Assembly: GCF_006345805.1 (NCBI RefSeq)
Contig: NW_021834390.1
Coordinates: 1 to 48,155, forward strand
Source of the DNA: Octopus sinensis
Lineage: Eukaryota
Length of the DNA stretch: 48,155 nt
Direction: 5' to 3'
Positions 34,941 through 48,155 of this stretch are shown here, piece after piece. Position 1 is the first letter of the stretch, and each line of letters begins with the position of its first letter. A program made the translations under genes and the position numbers. The notes under the pieces were generated by a model. That model worked only from the letters and a program-made list of their open reading frames with translations, searched no databases and was not told the origin of the DNA.

Positions 34941-35676
34941 ATGGTTTGTGAAGGTTTTGGGGTTGGGGAGGAAAGGCCTAATAGAAAGTCAAAAACCTCA
35001 CCTTGCCCTTTTTGCATCTCAGACTGATGTAGCAGAGGAATTCCCCTCTCCATCACTAACTGGCTCTGCTTGCGTCTAACTTAAAACTTCCTCAATATTG
35101 TCGTTGTTATTATCAAGTTTGGCAATGATGGATAAATCCTGTTATCAACAACCTTATCAGAGAACTTCTATGTAATAATGATCAAGTGACCCTTTCCTCT
35201 GATTTTCTTTTTTTTTTTTTTTGTTATGGCTTCATCAGATAAGGAAAACAAGTGTTCAAGACCATCTTGAAAGCCTTAAAGACTTGGTTATTCTCAGATT
35301 AGGGATTTGGTCTGAATGCTTGTAATAGAGTGGACTCCTTCAAAGACACCCATTATTTATTCATTTATTTTTGTTAATATGGTATGATGTATTTGAGTGG
35401 CATTTGGTTGGTACTTCTAGCACTAAGAATGACCACTTAGAAGCTGCCATTATAAGCTTGTCCCTCACTATGACAATAGCTGGAATGTAATAGAATATAT
35501 TAAGTCAACAGTCAACATGTTTGTAATTTCTCTGTACTTACAATGGAAACCTCTTATTGTGACTACTTAGGGGCAAAGCTTCTTTGCTAACATTGACAAA
35601 CTAATAACTTTAAGAAATTAAAGAGTTTAAGACTCTGTAACTTTTAATGACAGTAACCCATTGACAACATTAAGTG

Positions 35677-36465
35677 GAAGCACCTGGCTTAATGGTTAGA
35701 GTGTTGGATTCATGATCGTAAGATTGTGGTTTCAATTCCTGGACCAGTCAATGCATTGTGTTCTTGAGCAAAAACATTTCATTTCACATCACTCCAGTCC
35801 ACTCAGCTGGTAAAAATATTGGGTTGTCTGGAAAGTTTGTGCCGATTTATAGTAGCTTACCTTTCGACTTATTTTAGAACATGGTTGAGTCCATAAAATA
35901 GGATTTGACAACATATCCATTTAGAGCACAGTTTAAGCTATCTTTTCGTGGAAGAATGTTTATGTTCCTATAATTTGTGTTAATTCTGTAACCCTTTAAA
36001 ATGGAAGATAAGAAAGTTCATTTTCGGCACTTGATGCTTTGGGAACCAGACAAAAATTGCTGCAGCTCGGCTGGGATGTGTTACCCCCACCCTCCATATT
36101 CACCAGATATTGCTCCTTCGGATTTCCACTTATTCAGGTCTCTGCAGAATAGTCTTAATGGTAAAAATTTCAATTCCTTGGATGACGTAAAAAGATACCT
36201 TGATGAATTCTTTGCCATGAAACCACCTCAATTCTGGGAAGAGGGTACTTCAAGTTAAAGGAAAGATGGAGATGCATTGTGCAACAAAACAGTTTGTATT
36301 TAGTTGATTAAAAATGTAATGGCAAGTATTTATTGACCTTTTTCTTTCCTTTAAAAATCGGCACAAACTTTCCGGACAGCCCAATAAATAATCCAGTACA
36401 GACCAGTGTCCCGTCCATGGAGGAAAATATACACCAGAAAAGCCAAGAAACCAGCCCTATGCTCC
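35677..36465 (+). mobile_element. SINE (19014 type) split by a mariner element
   Basis: Head at 35677-35816; tail resumes at 36387 (ccagtgtcccgtcca...gaaaccagccctatg). Confidence 0.75.
35819..36384 (+). mobile_element. Internally deleted mariner (DD34D) element, 566 bp
   Basis: 30-bp TIRs with 2 mismatches (ttgggttgtctggaaagtttgtgccgattt); TA TSD; MEDKKVHFRHLMLWE fused to HPPYSPDIAPSDFHLFRSLQNSLNGK. Confidence 0.95.
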
Positions 36466-37040
36466 TTAGGGAGTGATGAGGACTAACCATTGACAACATT
36501 ATCAATGATTATAATAAATGGTTTGCCCTGCATATAATTTCAATATATTTATCTATATTTAGCCAACCTTCAGTCAAATATGCTACATAATTTCTTTATT
36601 TACACAGCAAGTTGCCTGTTTGTTATTTCAACACAATAAAATAGCTACATAGAACAAAACACTTCTCAAAAAAATAGGCGGATTTTGTTATTGATGTTGC
36701 AAATGGATTCATTTGTTGCTATAAATTTTTAAATATGAAATGGGAGAGAAGTCTACCTGTTGATTGTTAAGCTATCAGTGTTTATTGATGAGTCTAGGCT
36801 AGTGATGTAATGCTTTATTATTTTCTAAATAAGTCTATTGTAATGTTACACGAGTGTCATCAATGGTCCAGCGTCTGAACATAGTAACTATGTCTGTTTA
36901 TCTATCCATCTGTCTCTCACTCTCTCTTTCTCTCTCTCTCACTCTCTCTATAGAAAGAGAGAAAGAGAGAGAGAGTGTGTGAATGTCTCTTTCTCTCTGT
37001 CTCTTTCTATATATATATATATATATATATATACAATATA

Positions 37041-37464
37041 GGCGTAGGAGTGGCTGTGTGGTAAGTAGCTTGCTTATGAACCACATGGTTCCGGGTTCAG
37101 TCCCACTGCATGGTACCTTGGGCAAGTGTCTTCTCCTATAGCCTCAGGCCGACCAAAGCCTTGTGAGTGGATTTGGTAGACGGAAACTGAAAGAAGCCAA
37201 TCGTATGTATGTATATATGTATATATATATGTGTGTGTGTACATGTGTGCATGTGAGTATGTGTGTCTGTGTTTGTCCCACCAACATCACTTGACAACCA
37301 ATGCTGATGTTTGCATCCCCGTAATCTAGCAGTTCAGCAAAAGAGACCGATAGAATAAGTACTGGGCTTACAAAGTGTAAGTCCTGGGGTCGATTTGCTC
37401 GACTAAAGGCGGTGCTCCAGCATGGCCACAGTCACATGACTGAAACAAGTAAAAGAGTAAAAGA
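37041..37464 (+). mobile_element. SINE family A, full length
   Basis: Colinear with 25028-25462. Confidence 0.9.
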
Positions 37465-37482
37465 ATATATATATATATATAT

Positions 37483-37783
37483 GCTGGTCATTCAACCCTA
37501 TTATCAACCCTATTATCTCCCCTTATTTCGCTCTCGTGTCTCATGTTTGATCTTTGACCTCTGGCCGAAATCAGATCGCCATGTTGATTCGTTAGTTACT
37601 GCACGCATTTTTTTCTCTCCTTCTTTCTGTGTTTTTTTTCTCTCTGTGTATCTTTCTGTTGAAGAGCGTAGGCTCGAAACGTTTAAGACTTGTTTTATTT
37701 ATATTTCCTGAGCGCCATACTAATACAATTGTTTGTTTGTTTCCACCTGCCTTTGTCTTTGTCTATTTTCATAAAGCTTCCCG

Positions 37784-37785
<2 letters not shown>
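37483..37785 (+). mobile_element. Probable Penelope pLTR remnant with a hammerhead-like motif
   Basis: 37651-37688 reads ucuuu-CUGUUGAA-GAGC-guag-GCUC-GAAACGUU-uaaga; (TA)n on both sides. Confidence 0.55.
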
Positions 37786-37827
<42 letters not shown>

Positions 37828-37837
37828 TATATATATA

Positions 37838-37936
37838 CTTTATTTAAAAGCAGCAGAAATTCAACAAAACCTGTTACTTGGAGTTTCACGTTCCCAGTAA
37901 CAGGTTTTGTTGAATTTCTGCTGCTTTTAAATAAAG
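37838..37936. repeat. Perfect 41-bp inverted repeat with a 17-nt spacer
   Basis: 37838-37878 is the exact reverse complement of 37896-37936. Confidence 0.95.
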
Positions 37937-38412
37937 CATATTACTCTACCCCTGGTATTTGAGTACTCTTTTTTCCACCTTGTTTCACATTTATTTGTTT
38001 ACTTTGGTATATATATATCATTATATGTAGAAAAATACAAACTGGGACAAGAATGTAAAACATTTTGGAAGACGATACAAAAAACACGAACGGGACATTC
38101 AAAGCCTTCAATCTTCAGTCAAGAACTGGATCATCGTAGCAATTTCGGCTGATTAATCTTGAGATCACTCCGATCCGGCCAGCCCCAAGGAAAAACTAAG
38201 CTACGAGCATTAGATTTCTTGGAAGAAAGATCGAATGTATACGAAACAGGGACAGAAAAACGGACGATGCCACACGAATATAAAATACAAAAAGCAATAA
38301 TGAAATACAAAAAACAATAATGGTAAATACATCTATATATGTATAGATAGGGAGGGAGAAAGAGAGAAAGGGGGAGATGAAGAGAGATAAATTGACAGAT
38401 ATAAATAGATAT

Positions 38413-38825
38413 ACTCTTTTCTCTTTTACTCTTTTACTTGTTTCAGTCATTTGACTGCGGCCATGCTGGAGCACCGCCTTTAGTCGAGCAACTCGACCCC
38501 GGGACTTATTCTTTGTAAGCTCAGTACTTATTCTATCGGTCTCTTTTGCCGAACCGCTAAGTGACAGGGACGTAAACACACCAGCATCGGTTGTCAAGCA
38601 ATGCTAGGGGGACAAACACAGACACACAAACATACACACACACACACATATATATATATATACGACAGGCTTCTTTCAGTTTCCGTCTACCAAATCCACT
38701 CACAAGGCATTGGTCGGCCCGGGGCTATAGCAGAAGACACTTGCCCAAGGTGCCACACAGTGGGACTGAACTCGGAACCATGTGGTTGGTTAGCAAGCTA
38801 CTTACCACACAGCCACTCCTGCGCC
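38413..38825 (-). mobile_element. Young SINE family A, full length
   Basis: CpG-rich reverse-complement match to 37041-37464. Confidence 0.92.
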
Positions 38826-39224
38826 TATATATAGATATAAATATAGAAATGTGTATTGATCACGGTACACGTTTCAGTCTTGTGCTTATTTTGATTTCTA
38901 TCTATGGTGGACCAAGCTGTGAACCATAAAAGGATTCAAACATAAACACCACACACACATATATATATGTGTATACATTGTAATAATAACAATAATCCTC
39001 CATGGATGGAATTTATAGATAGGACATATACTGATTTATGCATCGATAGCGAGATATATATATAGGAGTGTGCGATGCATGTGTGTGTGTGTGTGTGTGT
39101 GTGCATGTGTGTGTGTGTGTGTGTGAATGTGTGTGTGTGTGTGAATGTGTGTGTGTGTGTGAATGTGTGTGTGTGCATGTATTGGTGGGTGTGTATACAT
39201 AATAACTATACACAAATATAGCTA

Positions 39225-39940
<716 letters not shown>

Positions 39941-40667
39941 GTTTGTTCATTTAACACCTGTTTTCCAAGCTCCGAAGGATTAGATGGGAGTGGGTAGGTA
40001 CTTGAGGGATTGATTTTTATGGCTCTTCATGTCCCCCAACCTTTACCTGTTTTTCAAGTAAGGGAATTTTAGTTCCGGAGAAATTCAAAAGCTCAGAGCC
40101 AGTGGATGGATGGTTTGTAAACAGGAAAATTTCAACAAACGTTAACCAATTGCAGCTTATCTACAAACAGTGATGTCATCATCTGTAGGCTAAAGCTATT
40201 TGTAAATAGCTGCAGACACACTCATGCATATTCATGTGCACACAAGCACATACACAAATGCATGCACACACATATGAATGCACACACACACACGTGTAAA
40301 CATACATGCATGCATAGACACACAAGCACATACACAAATGCAGACACACACATGCATACACACATGCATGCAGGCACATGCACACACGCATGAACACATG
40401 CACACACACACACACACATACACAAGCACACACATGCACACATACACACATATCTTCTGCCTACCAAATTTCCTCATATGATATTGGTTGGCCCAGGACT
40501 ATATTAGATGCCAGTTGCAGAAGATACAGGAGAGTGAGATTGAACCAAAAGCCATCCAGTTGGGAGTTTAAAAGTCAATAACCACACACCTTGAAGCATC
40601 ACTTCACAGTTTCCATCAGGTAAATCCCATTCACGCAGTACTGAACAATTTGAGGTTATATAGACAT

Positions 40668-41022
40668 GGGCATGGCTGTATGGAAAAGAGTTTGCTTCAC
40701 AACCACATGGTTCCAGGTTCAGTTCCAGTGTGTGGCACCTTGGGCAAGTTTCTTCCACTATAGCCTCAGGTCAGCCAAAGCCTTATGAGTGGATTTGGTA
40801 CAGAGAAACTGAAAGAAACCCATCGTATATACACGAAGGATGCTGAAAAGTTCCTGGCTTTGGGTTAAAAGAAAATACAGGAGGATCAGATAATGATGAT
40901 TTTAATCAACATATTCCCCTCCCAGATCCACGCCCTTATTGCAGCACATCCCCCAGTCTAGGAATCGAAACCACAATCTTATGATCATGCGTGCAACAGC
41001 CTGACCACTAAGCCACGGGCCC
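40668..41022. mobile_element. Composite: SINE A head (+), one-ended mariner MITE (40834-40945), SINE B/C-type head (-)
   Basis: Each piece matches other copies in the window. Confidence 0.8.
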
Positions 41023-41026
41023 CAGC

Positions 41027-42203
41027 ACATACATACATACATACATACATACATACATACATACATACATACATACATACAGGCATGCATGCATGCATAC
41101 ATACGATACATGCATACATACATACACACATACATATACATACATACATACACATACATACATACATCATAACATCTACATACGTACATACATACATACA
41201 TACATACATACATACATACATGCATACACATGCATACATACCATACATACATACATACATACATTACACACATACATACATACATACATACATACACACA
41301 CATACATACACACATACATACATACAACATGCATACATACATACACACATACATACATACATACATACATACACACATACATACATACATACATACATAC
41401 ATACATACATACATACACAACGTACATACATACATACATACATACATACATACATACACACATACATACATACATACATACATGCATACAACATACACAA
41501 TACATACATACATACATAAATATACAACATACATGCATAAATACATGCATACATACATACATGCATACACACATACATACATACATACATACATACATAC
41601 ACACATACATACATACATACACACATACATACATACATACATACATACATACATACACACATACATACACACATACACACATACATACATACAACACACA
41701 TACATACATACATACATGCATACATACATACATACTAAATACACACATAAATACATAATACATACATACATACATACATACATGCATACATACATACATG
41801 CATACATACATACATACATACACACATACATACATACATACATACATACATAAACAACATACATACACACATAAACACACATACATACATACATAACACA
41901 CATACATACATACATGCATACATACATGACACATACATACATACATACATACATACATACATGGATACATACATACATGCATACACACATACATACATAC
42001 ATACATACATACATACACACATACACACATACATACACACATACATACATACATACATACACACATACATACATACATACACACATACATACATACATAC
42101 ATACACACATACATACATGCATACACACATACATACATACATACATACATACATACATACACACACATACATACATACATACATAGATACATACATACAT
42201 ACA

Positions 42204-42237
<34 letters not shown>

Positions 42238-42253
42238 CATACATACATACATA
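41027..42253. repeat. About 1.2-kb imperfect (ACAT)n microsatellite
   Basis: Direct reading; source of the spurious 478-aa and 358-aa ORFs. Confidence 0.97.
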
Positions 42254-42489
42254 TTATTTTATGCATTTCAGTCCAAAGACAGTGGCCATGCTGGGGCACC
42301 CTTCCACACAGTTTCCATCCATTAAATTCATTCACCAAGCATTGGTTGACCCATGGCTATGGAGAAGACATTTACCCAAGGTGTTGCACAGTAGCACTGA
42401 ATTTGAAACTACATGGTTGTAAAGGAAACATCTTAATGACACAACCATAGAACATCATTTCCTAGAAGTATATGTACATAGATATACAT

Positions 42490-42785
42490 ATGCTGGTGTG
42501 ACATAACTGGCACCTGTGCCAGTAACATGTAAAAAAACACCATTCGAGTATTGGGTCGCATGGAGATAATGTGGCTGATGCCGGTGTTACATAACTTGTA
42601 CCTATGCCAGTGGCATGTAAAACCACCCATTTCACTCTTGGAGTGGTTAGCATTAGGAAGGGCATCCAGTCAAAGAAACCATGACCAAATCAGACTGGAG
42701 TCCCTCAGCTAACCAACCTTGGTCAAACCATCCAACCCATGCCAGCATGGACAACGAACTTTAAATAACAATGATGATGATGATG
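42490..42785 (+). mobile_element. Longer 3' fragment of an RTE-tailed retroposon
   Basis: Repeated tgccagt(aa/gg)catgtaaaa..cacc modules, then ttaggaagggcatccag...tccaacccatgccagcatgg..gatgatgat. Confidence 0.75.
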
Positions 42786-43038
42786 AAGATACCAGAATCT
42801 CAGCATGAAAGTCTTTGACTAATATTTTATTCTCAGGATCACTCATTAAAATTCTGGTGAATGCCCATCTTTTCTCTACAGACAACAACTTGCAAAATTT
42901 TCATATAAATTTCAGCAACATCAGCCTCAAGGAGTAACCTCTATGTGGTCACTCAATCTCCAAGAAATAGCAACCAAATCACATCTTCAATTCACACCCA
43001 ATAGTCTTTCAAAAGACATGTACACATTGAACAAGACA

Positions 43039-43480
43039 ATGGATACATTGAAACTCTGACGTCTGGCAGCTGAGTTGGGGGACACCCATAAAATTATTAA
43101 CCATCTTACAAACAATAAATCTGAGCACCTTTTCAAACTCCACCTGCCTAACACCTGTGGACATGTTTACAAAGTCAGAAAGCAACACAGTTCCCATGAC
43201 TTTCAGAAACATTTTTTCACACTAAGAGTTGCTGAGGCATGGAACAAACTGCCGGCATCAGTTGTTAGTTGTCGGAGCACTGCATCCTTCGAAACTTCCA
43301 TGCTTCCTGAGATTCGCCAACACTACACCTGATTTTCTTCCCTCCATACACATGCAAGCATGTATCTGACTCATACACTGTTCACTTTCCAGATATTTGT
43401 ACATTACTGCATATACTTTATACGCACTTTTGACAAGTTGTGGTGCACCTGAGCACTGTATACAATAATTTCATTATTTT
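43039..43480 (+). mobile_element. CR1-clade LINE 3' fragment nested in an older repeat
   Basis: NTCGHVYKVRKQHSSHDFQKHFFTLRVAEAWNKLPASVVSCRSTASF (TRGH..FF..RV...WN.LP..VV motif), then 3' UTR and ATT-rich end. Confidence 0.88.
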
Positions 43481-43639
43481 ATTTTTATTTTTTTAACCAC
43501 AAACATTCAAGAATAGATGGTGATTATAAAGTTTGAATGACTGACTTTCATCATAGGTCTGCCTCATCAGAATTGACCTGGGATTAAACAACAACAACAG
43601 TAACAACAACAACAACCTCAGCATCTTATGAAGGCCAAT

Positions 43640-43715
43640 AAAGGTTACTCTGATAACTTTGATAGGTTTCGGCCAGTATAGGCCCAGGCCATGTCTAATG
43701 CAATAGCACCACCGT
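43640..43715 (-). mobile_element. Isolated 3' terminus related to the 9111 LINE
   Basis: ggtggtgctatt..ttagacatggcctgg..cgaaac shared with 9135-9183. Confidence 0.75.
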
Positions 43716-44039
43716 TATAAGTGCTGTCCATCCTCTACTTCTGGCTAAATGATGAAACACAATGAAAAGGTGCCAACGAGACCAAATCAATAACAACTTT
43801 GTTGATTATGGCAAACAGTATCCCGCCTACAGACGCAATACAATGTACTGGAACAAGCACTGAAATTGTTAAAAAACATGTACAGATTTAATTAGTAAAT
43901 TAAGCACTAACCCACTTAAGTGATGAGAATGATAATGCTAATTAATTGAGACTTCCCATATTGAGAGGCAAGCATCGATCGATGCTGAAAGCAACCAAAC
44001 AACACAAGGGTGACAACGAAGAAGGAAAAAAAAATATAT

Positions 44040-44458
44040 CTTCTTTGATTTGTTTAGGTCATTAGACTGTGGCCATGCTGGGGCACTGCCTTGAAGAATT
44101 TTAGTCAAATTTATCAATCCTAGTACTTATTGTTTTTTTTTTTTGTAAAACCTGGTACTCATTCTATCAGTGTCTTTTGCTGAACCACTAAGTTATGGGG
44201 ATGTAAACACACCAACACTGGTTGTCAAGTGTTGGCGGGGATCAAACACATACACAGAAGACATGTATATACACACACACATACACACATACACACATAT
44301 GATGGGCTTCTTTCAGCTTCTGTCAACCAAATCCGCACACAAGGTTTTGGTCAGCCTGAGGCTATAGCAGAAGACCCAAGGTGCCACACAGTGGAACTGA
44401 ACCCAGAACCATGTAGTTGGGAAGCAAACTTCTTACCACACAGCCACGTCTATGCCTA
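44040..44458 (-). mobile_element. SINE family A, older copy
   Basis: Reverse-complement match to family A with CpG decay. Confidence 0.85.
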
Positions 44459-45032
44459 TATACTTACCAATGATTGAGATACTCACATAAAAACCGGGAC
44501 CACATACGATGTGTTCCATTGGAACTAATTAATCTAATAAAGCAGTTCTTCATTTACATGTAGTCATAGCCACGATGCATTTTATTTCAGCATACTGGTG
44601 TAGCCATGTGTTAAAGAATTTGCTTCAGTCACTTGGGTTTTGGTTCAATCCCACTACATGGCATCATGGGCAGGTGTCTTCTACTATATCCCCAAATTGA
44701 CCAAAGTCTTGTGAGTGCATTTGGAGGACAGAAGCTCATCATGTATATTTATATTTGTGTGTGAGTGTGTGTATCTGTATGTGACTACCTCCTTCCCATG
44801 CTTGCATAGAAAAATGGTTTTTAAAATTATGATGATGATGATGATGATAACTACACCAGGAACTTCTATCCCCATTAATGTTGGTATGCTCCCAGATTCC
44901 TGTCGTGTGTCTCTGCTAGTTGCATCAATGTAGTTTAGTTGTCTTTATCTTCTTCTAGAACACAGAAGTTTCCAAATTATAACATCCAGTATAGTCTGGT
45001 GTTCCTCACAACCAAAAAGGTAAATAAAGTCT

Positions 45033-45248
45033 AAGGTAATGAGCTGGCAGTAACGTTAGCACACCAGGTGAAATGCTTGGCAGTATTTCGTCTGTTGTTA
45101 CATTCTGAGTTCAAATTCCGCTGAGGTCGACTTTGCCTTTCATCATTTCAGAGTTGGTAAATTAAGTACCAGTTGTGTACTGGGATCAATCTAATCGACA
45201 GACCCCCTCCCCCAAAAATTTTGGGCCTTGTGCCGAGAGTAGAAAAGA
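45033..45248 (+). mobile_element. SINE family D (alternative tail)
   Basis: gagctggcagtaacgttagc...gtcgactttgcctttcatc; flanked by aggtaaataaagtcta direct repeats near 45018 and 45252. Confidence 0.85.
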
Positions 45249-45559
45249 AAAGAGGTAAATAAAGTCTATCTTGTTTTTAGAACAACAATATTAACAGAGC
45301 AATAAAAGGTACTTTAGATGCTTTTATCTATATCTTTTACCTTTCTCTGTCACTGGAGTGTGGCCATACTGGAGCATTGCTTTGAAGGGTTTTGTCGAAC
45401 AAATCAACCCCAATACTTACCTTTTTAAAGTCTGGCACTATTGGTCTCTATTGATCTCTTTTGCCAAACCACTAACTTATAGGGACATGCACAAGCCAAC
45501 TCTAGTTGTCAAGCAATGGTGGGGGACAAACATTGTGAGTGGATTTTGTCAACGGAAAC

Positions 45560-45752
45560 TGATGATGTTTGATGATGATGATGATGTTCCATAATGATAT
45601 TTGATGAAGATGTTTGATGAATGATGTTTGATGAAGACGTTTGATGAATGATATTTGATGAAGATGTTTGATGAATGATGGTTGATGAAGATGTTTGATG
45701 AATGATGTTTGATGAAGCTGTTTGATGAATGATGGTTGATGAATGATGTTTA
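45560..45752. repeat. 27-bp minisatellite (GATGTTTGATGAA + GATGTTTGATGAAT) derived from (GAT)n
   Basis: About 5-6 units read directly. Confidence 0.88.
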
Positions 45753-46143
45753 ATGGAGTTAAACTCATGTTGGCATGAGCTGGATGGTTTGCCAGGAGCT
45801 GGTAAGGCCAAGGGCTGCCTCAGGCTCCGTTGTCTGGTCTGGCATGTTTTCTATAGCTGGATGCCCTTCACAATGCTAACCACTTTAAAGAGTGTACAGG
45901 GTACCTTTTATCTGACACCAGCACCAGTGCTTCTTACATGGAAGCTGCACCAGTGAATTTTATGTAGAACCATCACCAGCGCTTTTTGTGTGGAACCAGC
46001 ACCAGCGCTTTTTATGTGGCATGTGCACCAGTATCAATTCTGCTGTGGTGGACAGGTGTCTTTGAGTACAGCAAAGCACCGGATGTGTGTGTGTGTGTGT
46101 GTGTGGTGTACATATATAAGTATGCATATACATATGTGTGTGT

Positions 46144-46485
46144 AAAAGGGTAAAGACCCTCTTCAGTTATGAATGACCATGGGATTGTACCTAGAAAGTT
46201 AACTTCCGAGGCACAAGTCTGGGCAAGGTTATTTTCTGGAAGGCCAGCAGTCACCCATGCATACCGGCCTCCCACTCTCCATGTCACCGATGTTATCCAA
46301 GGGAAAGGCAAAGGGGCCAATACAGCTTGGCACCAGTGACATCGCAACTTGTTTCTAAAACTGAGTGAACTGGGGCAACGTGAAATTAAGTGTCTTGCTC
46401 AGGAACACAACACACATCCCGATCCAGGAATCAAACTCACTACCTCATAATTGTAAGTCTAATGCTCTAACCACTGAGCCATATG
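46144..46485 (-). mobile_element. SINE family B, full length
   Basis: Reverse-complement match to 7464-7805. Confidence 0.88.
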
Positions 46486-47259
46486 TGTGCATATGTGTAT
46501 ATGCAAGTATGTATGTGTGTGCACACATGTGTATGTATGTGTTTCTGAGTCCTTGTTCTGACATTACACCCTAATTGTAAACGAGCATCACTGTAATACA
46601 AGCAGTGGTGTTTGTTTACAATCTCCCATGGAAACATATCTGGACAAAGAGAAAAATATTACCTTGCTTGGAAACAGGTAAGGTTTGGTGATAGGAAAAG
46701 CATCAGGACATTTAAAAAAATCTGCCTCAACAGCATCCTGTCTGACCCATGCAAGCATGGAAAAGAAGATATATTGAAGCAATAAAACAAAGTGTAAGGT
46801 TTTAAATATGTAAAGACAGAAAAATAAGCTTGTGTGAGGTTCATGACATTTTCAAGGTTACTGGTGACATAAATAATTTTGTCCACACACACACACACAC
46901 ACACACACACGCAGTTGTATATTACATACTACATATATATATAGATATATATAATATATATATATATATATTATATATATATATATATGTAGGTATGTAT
47001 GTATGTATTTATGCATATGGAGATATATATATATTGCATATGATAATTTATATATTATATACAAACATGTGTGGGGTGTGTTTGTGTGTTACACTATTAA
47101 AGTGATTAAAACACTCTTAATGATGGAATGAAGGTTGTTTTTTCTAGTTATATTTCTCTCCAGCTGGCTTTTTCCATAGGAACCCCAACACATGTACACA
47201 TACACATACACACAATACACTGACACACACACACAAACACACGTGCACTATGCGCACAG

Positions 47260-47300
<41 letters not shown>

Positions 47301-47420
47301 TACACACTTACATGTTTGCTCTTCAGTAGTTTTATAAAACAAACATTTCTTTCCATTTATAATATTCTGTAAAATGTGTGAAATCATTATTTCAACACTT
47401 CTGACACAGCAGCAGCAGCA

Positions 47421-47454
<34 letters not shown>

Positions 47455-47517
47455 TATACTACTACTACTACTACTACCACCACCACCACCACCACCACCA
47501 CCACCACCACCACCACC

Positions 47518-47552
<35 letters not shown>

Positions 47553-47965
47553 AGCAAATTGGCAAAATCATTTGTGCTCTGGATAAAATGCTTTCAAGTA
47601 TTTCTTTCACGCTCTTTGCTCTGAGTTCAAATCCTGCCGAGGACAGCTATGTTTTTTTTTATTCTTTAGGGGATCGGTACATAAATCATCAATCTAGTAC
47701 AGGAATCTATTCTTCTTCCCCTCTTCCTCTTTCTTCTTTTCTCCTTCATTGTCTGTCTGTGTATGTTGCGCTGACTCATAAAACTGCAAAATCTTAGAAT
47801 TATTACATGTGAGGGTGTATACATATATATGTTATATATGTGTGTGCATGTGCAAGTATGTGTGTGTGTGGAGTGCTCAGCCACTTGCACATTAATTTCA
47901 CGAGCAGGCTGTTCTGCTGATCGGATCAACAGTAACCCTCATCATCATAACCAATGGAGTGCCAG

Positions 47966-48004
<39 letters not shown>

Positions 48005-48079
48005 CACACACACACACATATATATGTGTGTGTGTTGTGTAAAAGATTCGAGCGAGGTCATTGACAGTACTGCCAGCCT

Positions 48080-48155
48080 GGCAGCACCCACTACACCTCT
48101 TGAGTGGTGGCATTAGGAAGGGCATCCAGCTGTAGAAATTCTGCCAGATCAAGAT
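48080..48155 (+). mobile_element. RTE-type tail cut by the window end
   Basis: gcacccactacacctcttgagtggtggcattaggaagggcatccagctgtagaaa. Confidence 0.75.

Noticed and set aside
36001-36258. SETMAR-like or active mariner transposase gene
   Set aside because: Most of the ORF is deleted and frame-shifted; it lies within TIRs; there is no SET domain.
40902-42422. Long ORFs of 478, 358 and 221 aa (MYVC/HTYI repeats)
   Set aside because: Translations of the (ACAT)n microsatellite, which lacks stops in most frames. The same applies to the poly-H, M, S, V, T, YI and CV ORFs throughout the window.

Overview
This is eukaryotic, AT-rich, microsatellite- and transposon-saturated genomic DNA. The repeat repertoire (tRNA-headed SINEs with internal TA/TG tracts, RTE-type (GAT)n tails) suggests an octopus or other coleoid cephalopod; this is inference, not a search result. 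Only one credible host coding segment is visible: a 130-codon minus-strand exon/ORF at 5344-5738 that I cannot assign to a family. If its upstream exons lie in or beyond this window, much of the rest is intron. The remainder is nested mobile DNA: a decayed Penelope-like element (RT + C-terminal GIY-YIG) with an inverted pseudo-LTR; several further pLTR remnants with minimal hammerhead-ribozyme-like motifs; CR1 and RTE LINE fragments; at least four SINE families (my labels A-D); two tandem non-autonomous Helitrons; a DINE-1/Helentron-like element; mariner, DD37D-like and piggyBac-like DNA-transposon derivatives. I see no CRISPR array, rRNA, true tRNA gene or intact transposase, and almost all long ORFs in the track are microsatellite artefacts. 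I cannot support a wholly new biological system. The best leads are the hammerhead-like motifs with variant cores, an 80-bp mariner patch templated into a retroposon tail, a satellite born from a retroposon tail, a covarying LINE 3' RNA structure, an interstitial telomeric tract and the orphan exon. Coordinates of decayed repeats are approximate (read by eye).
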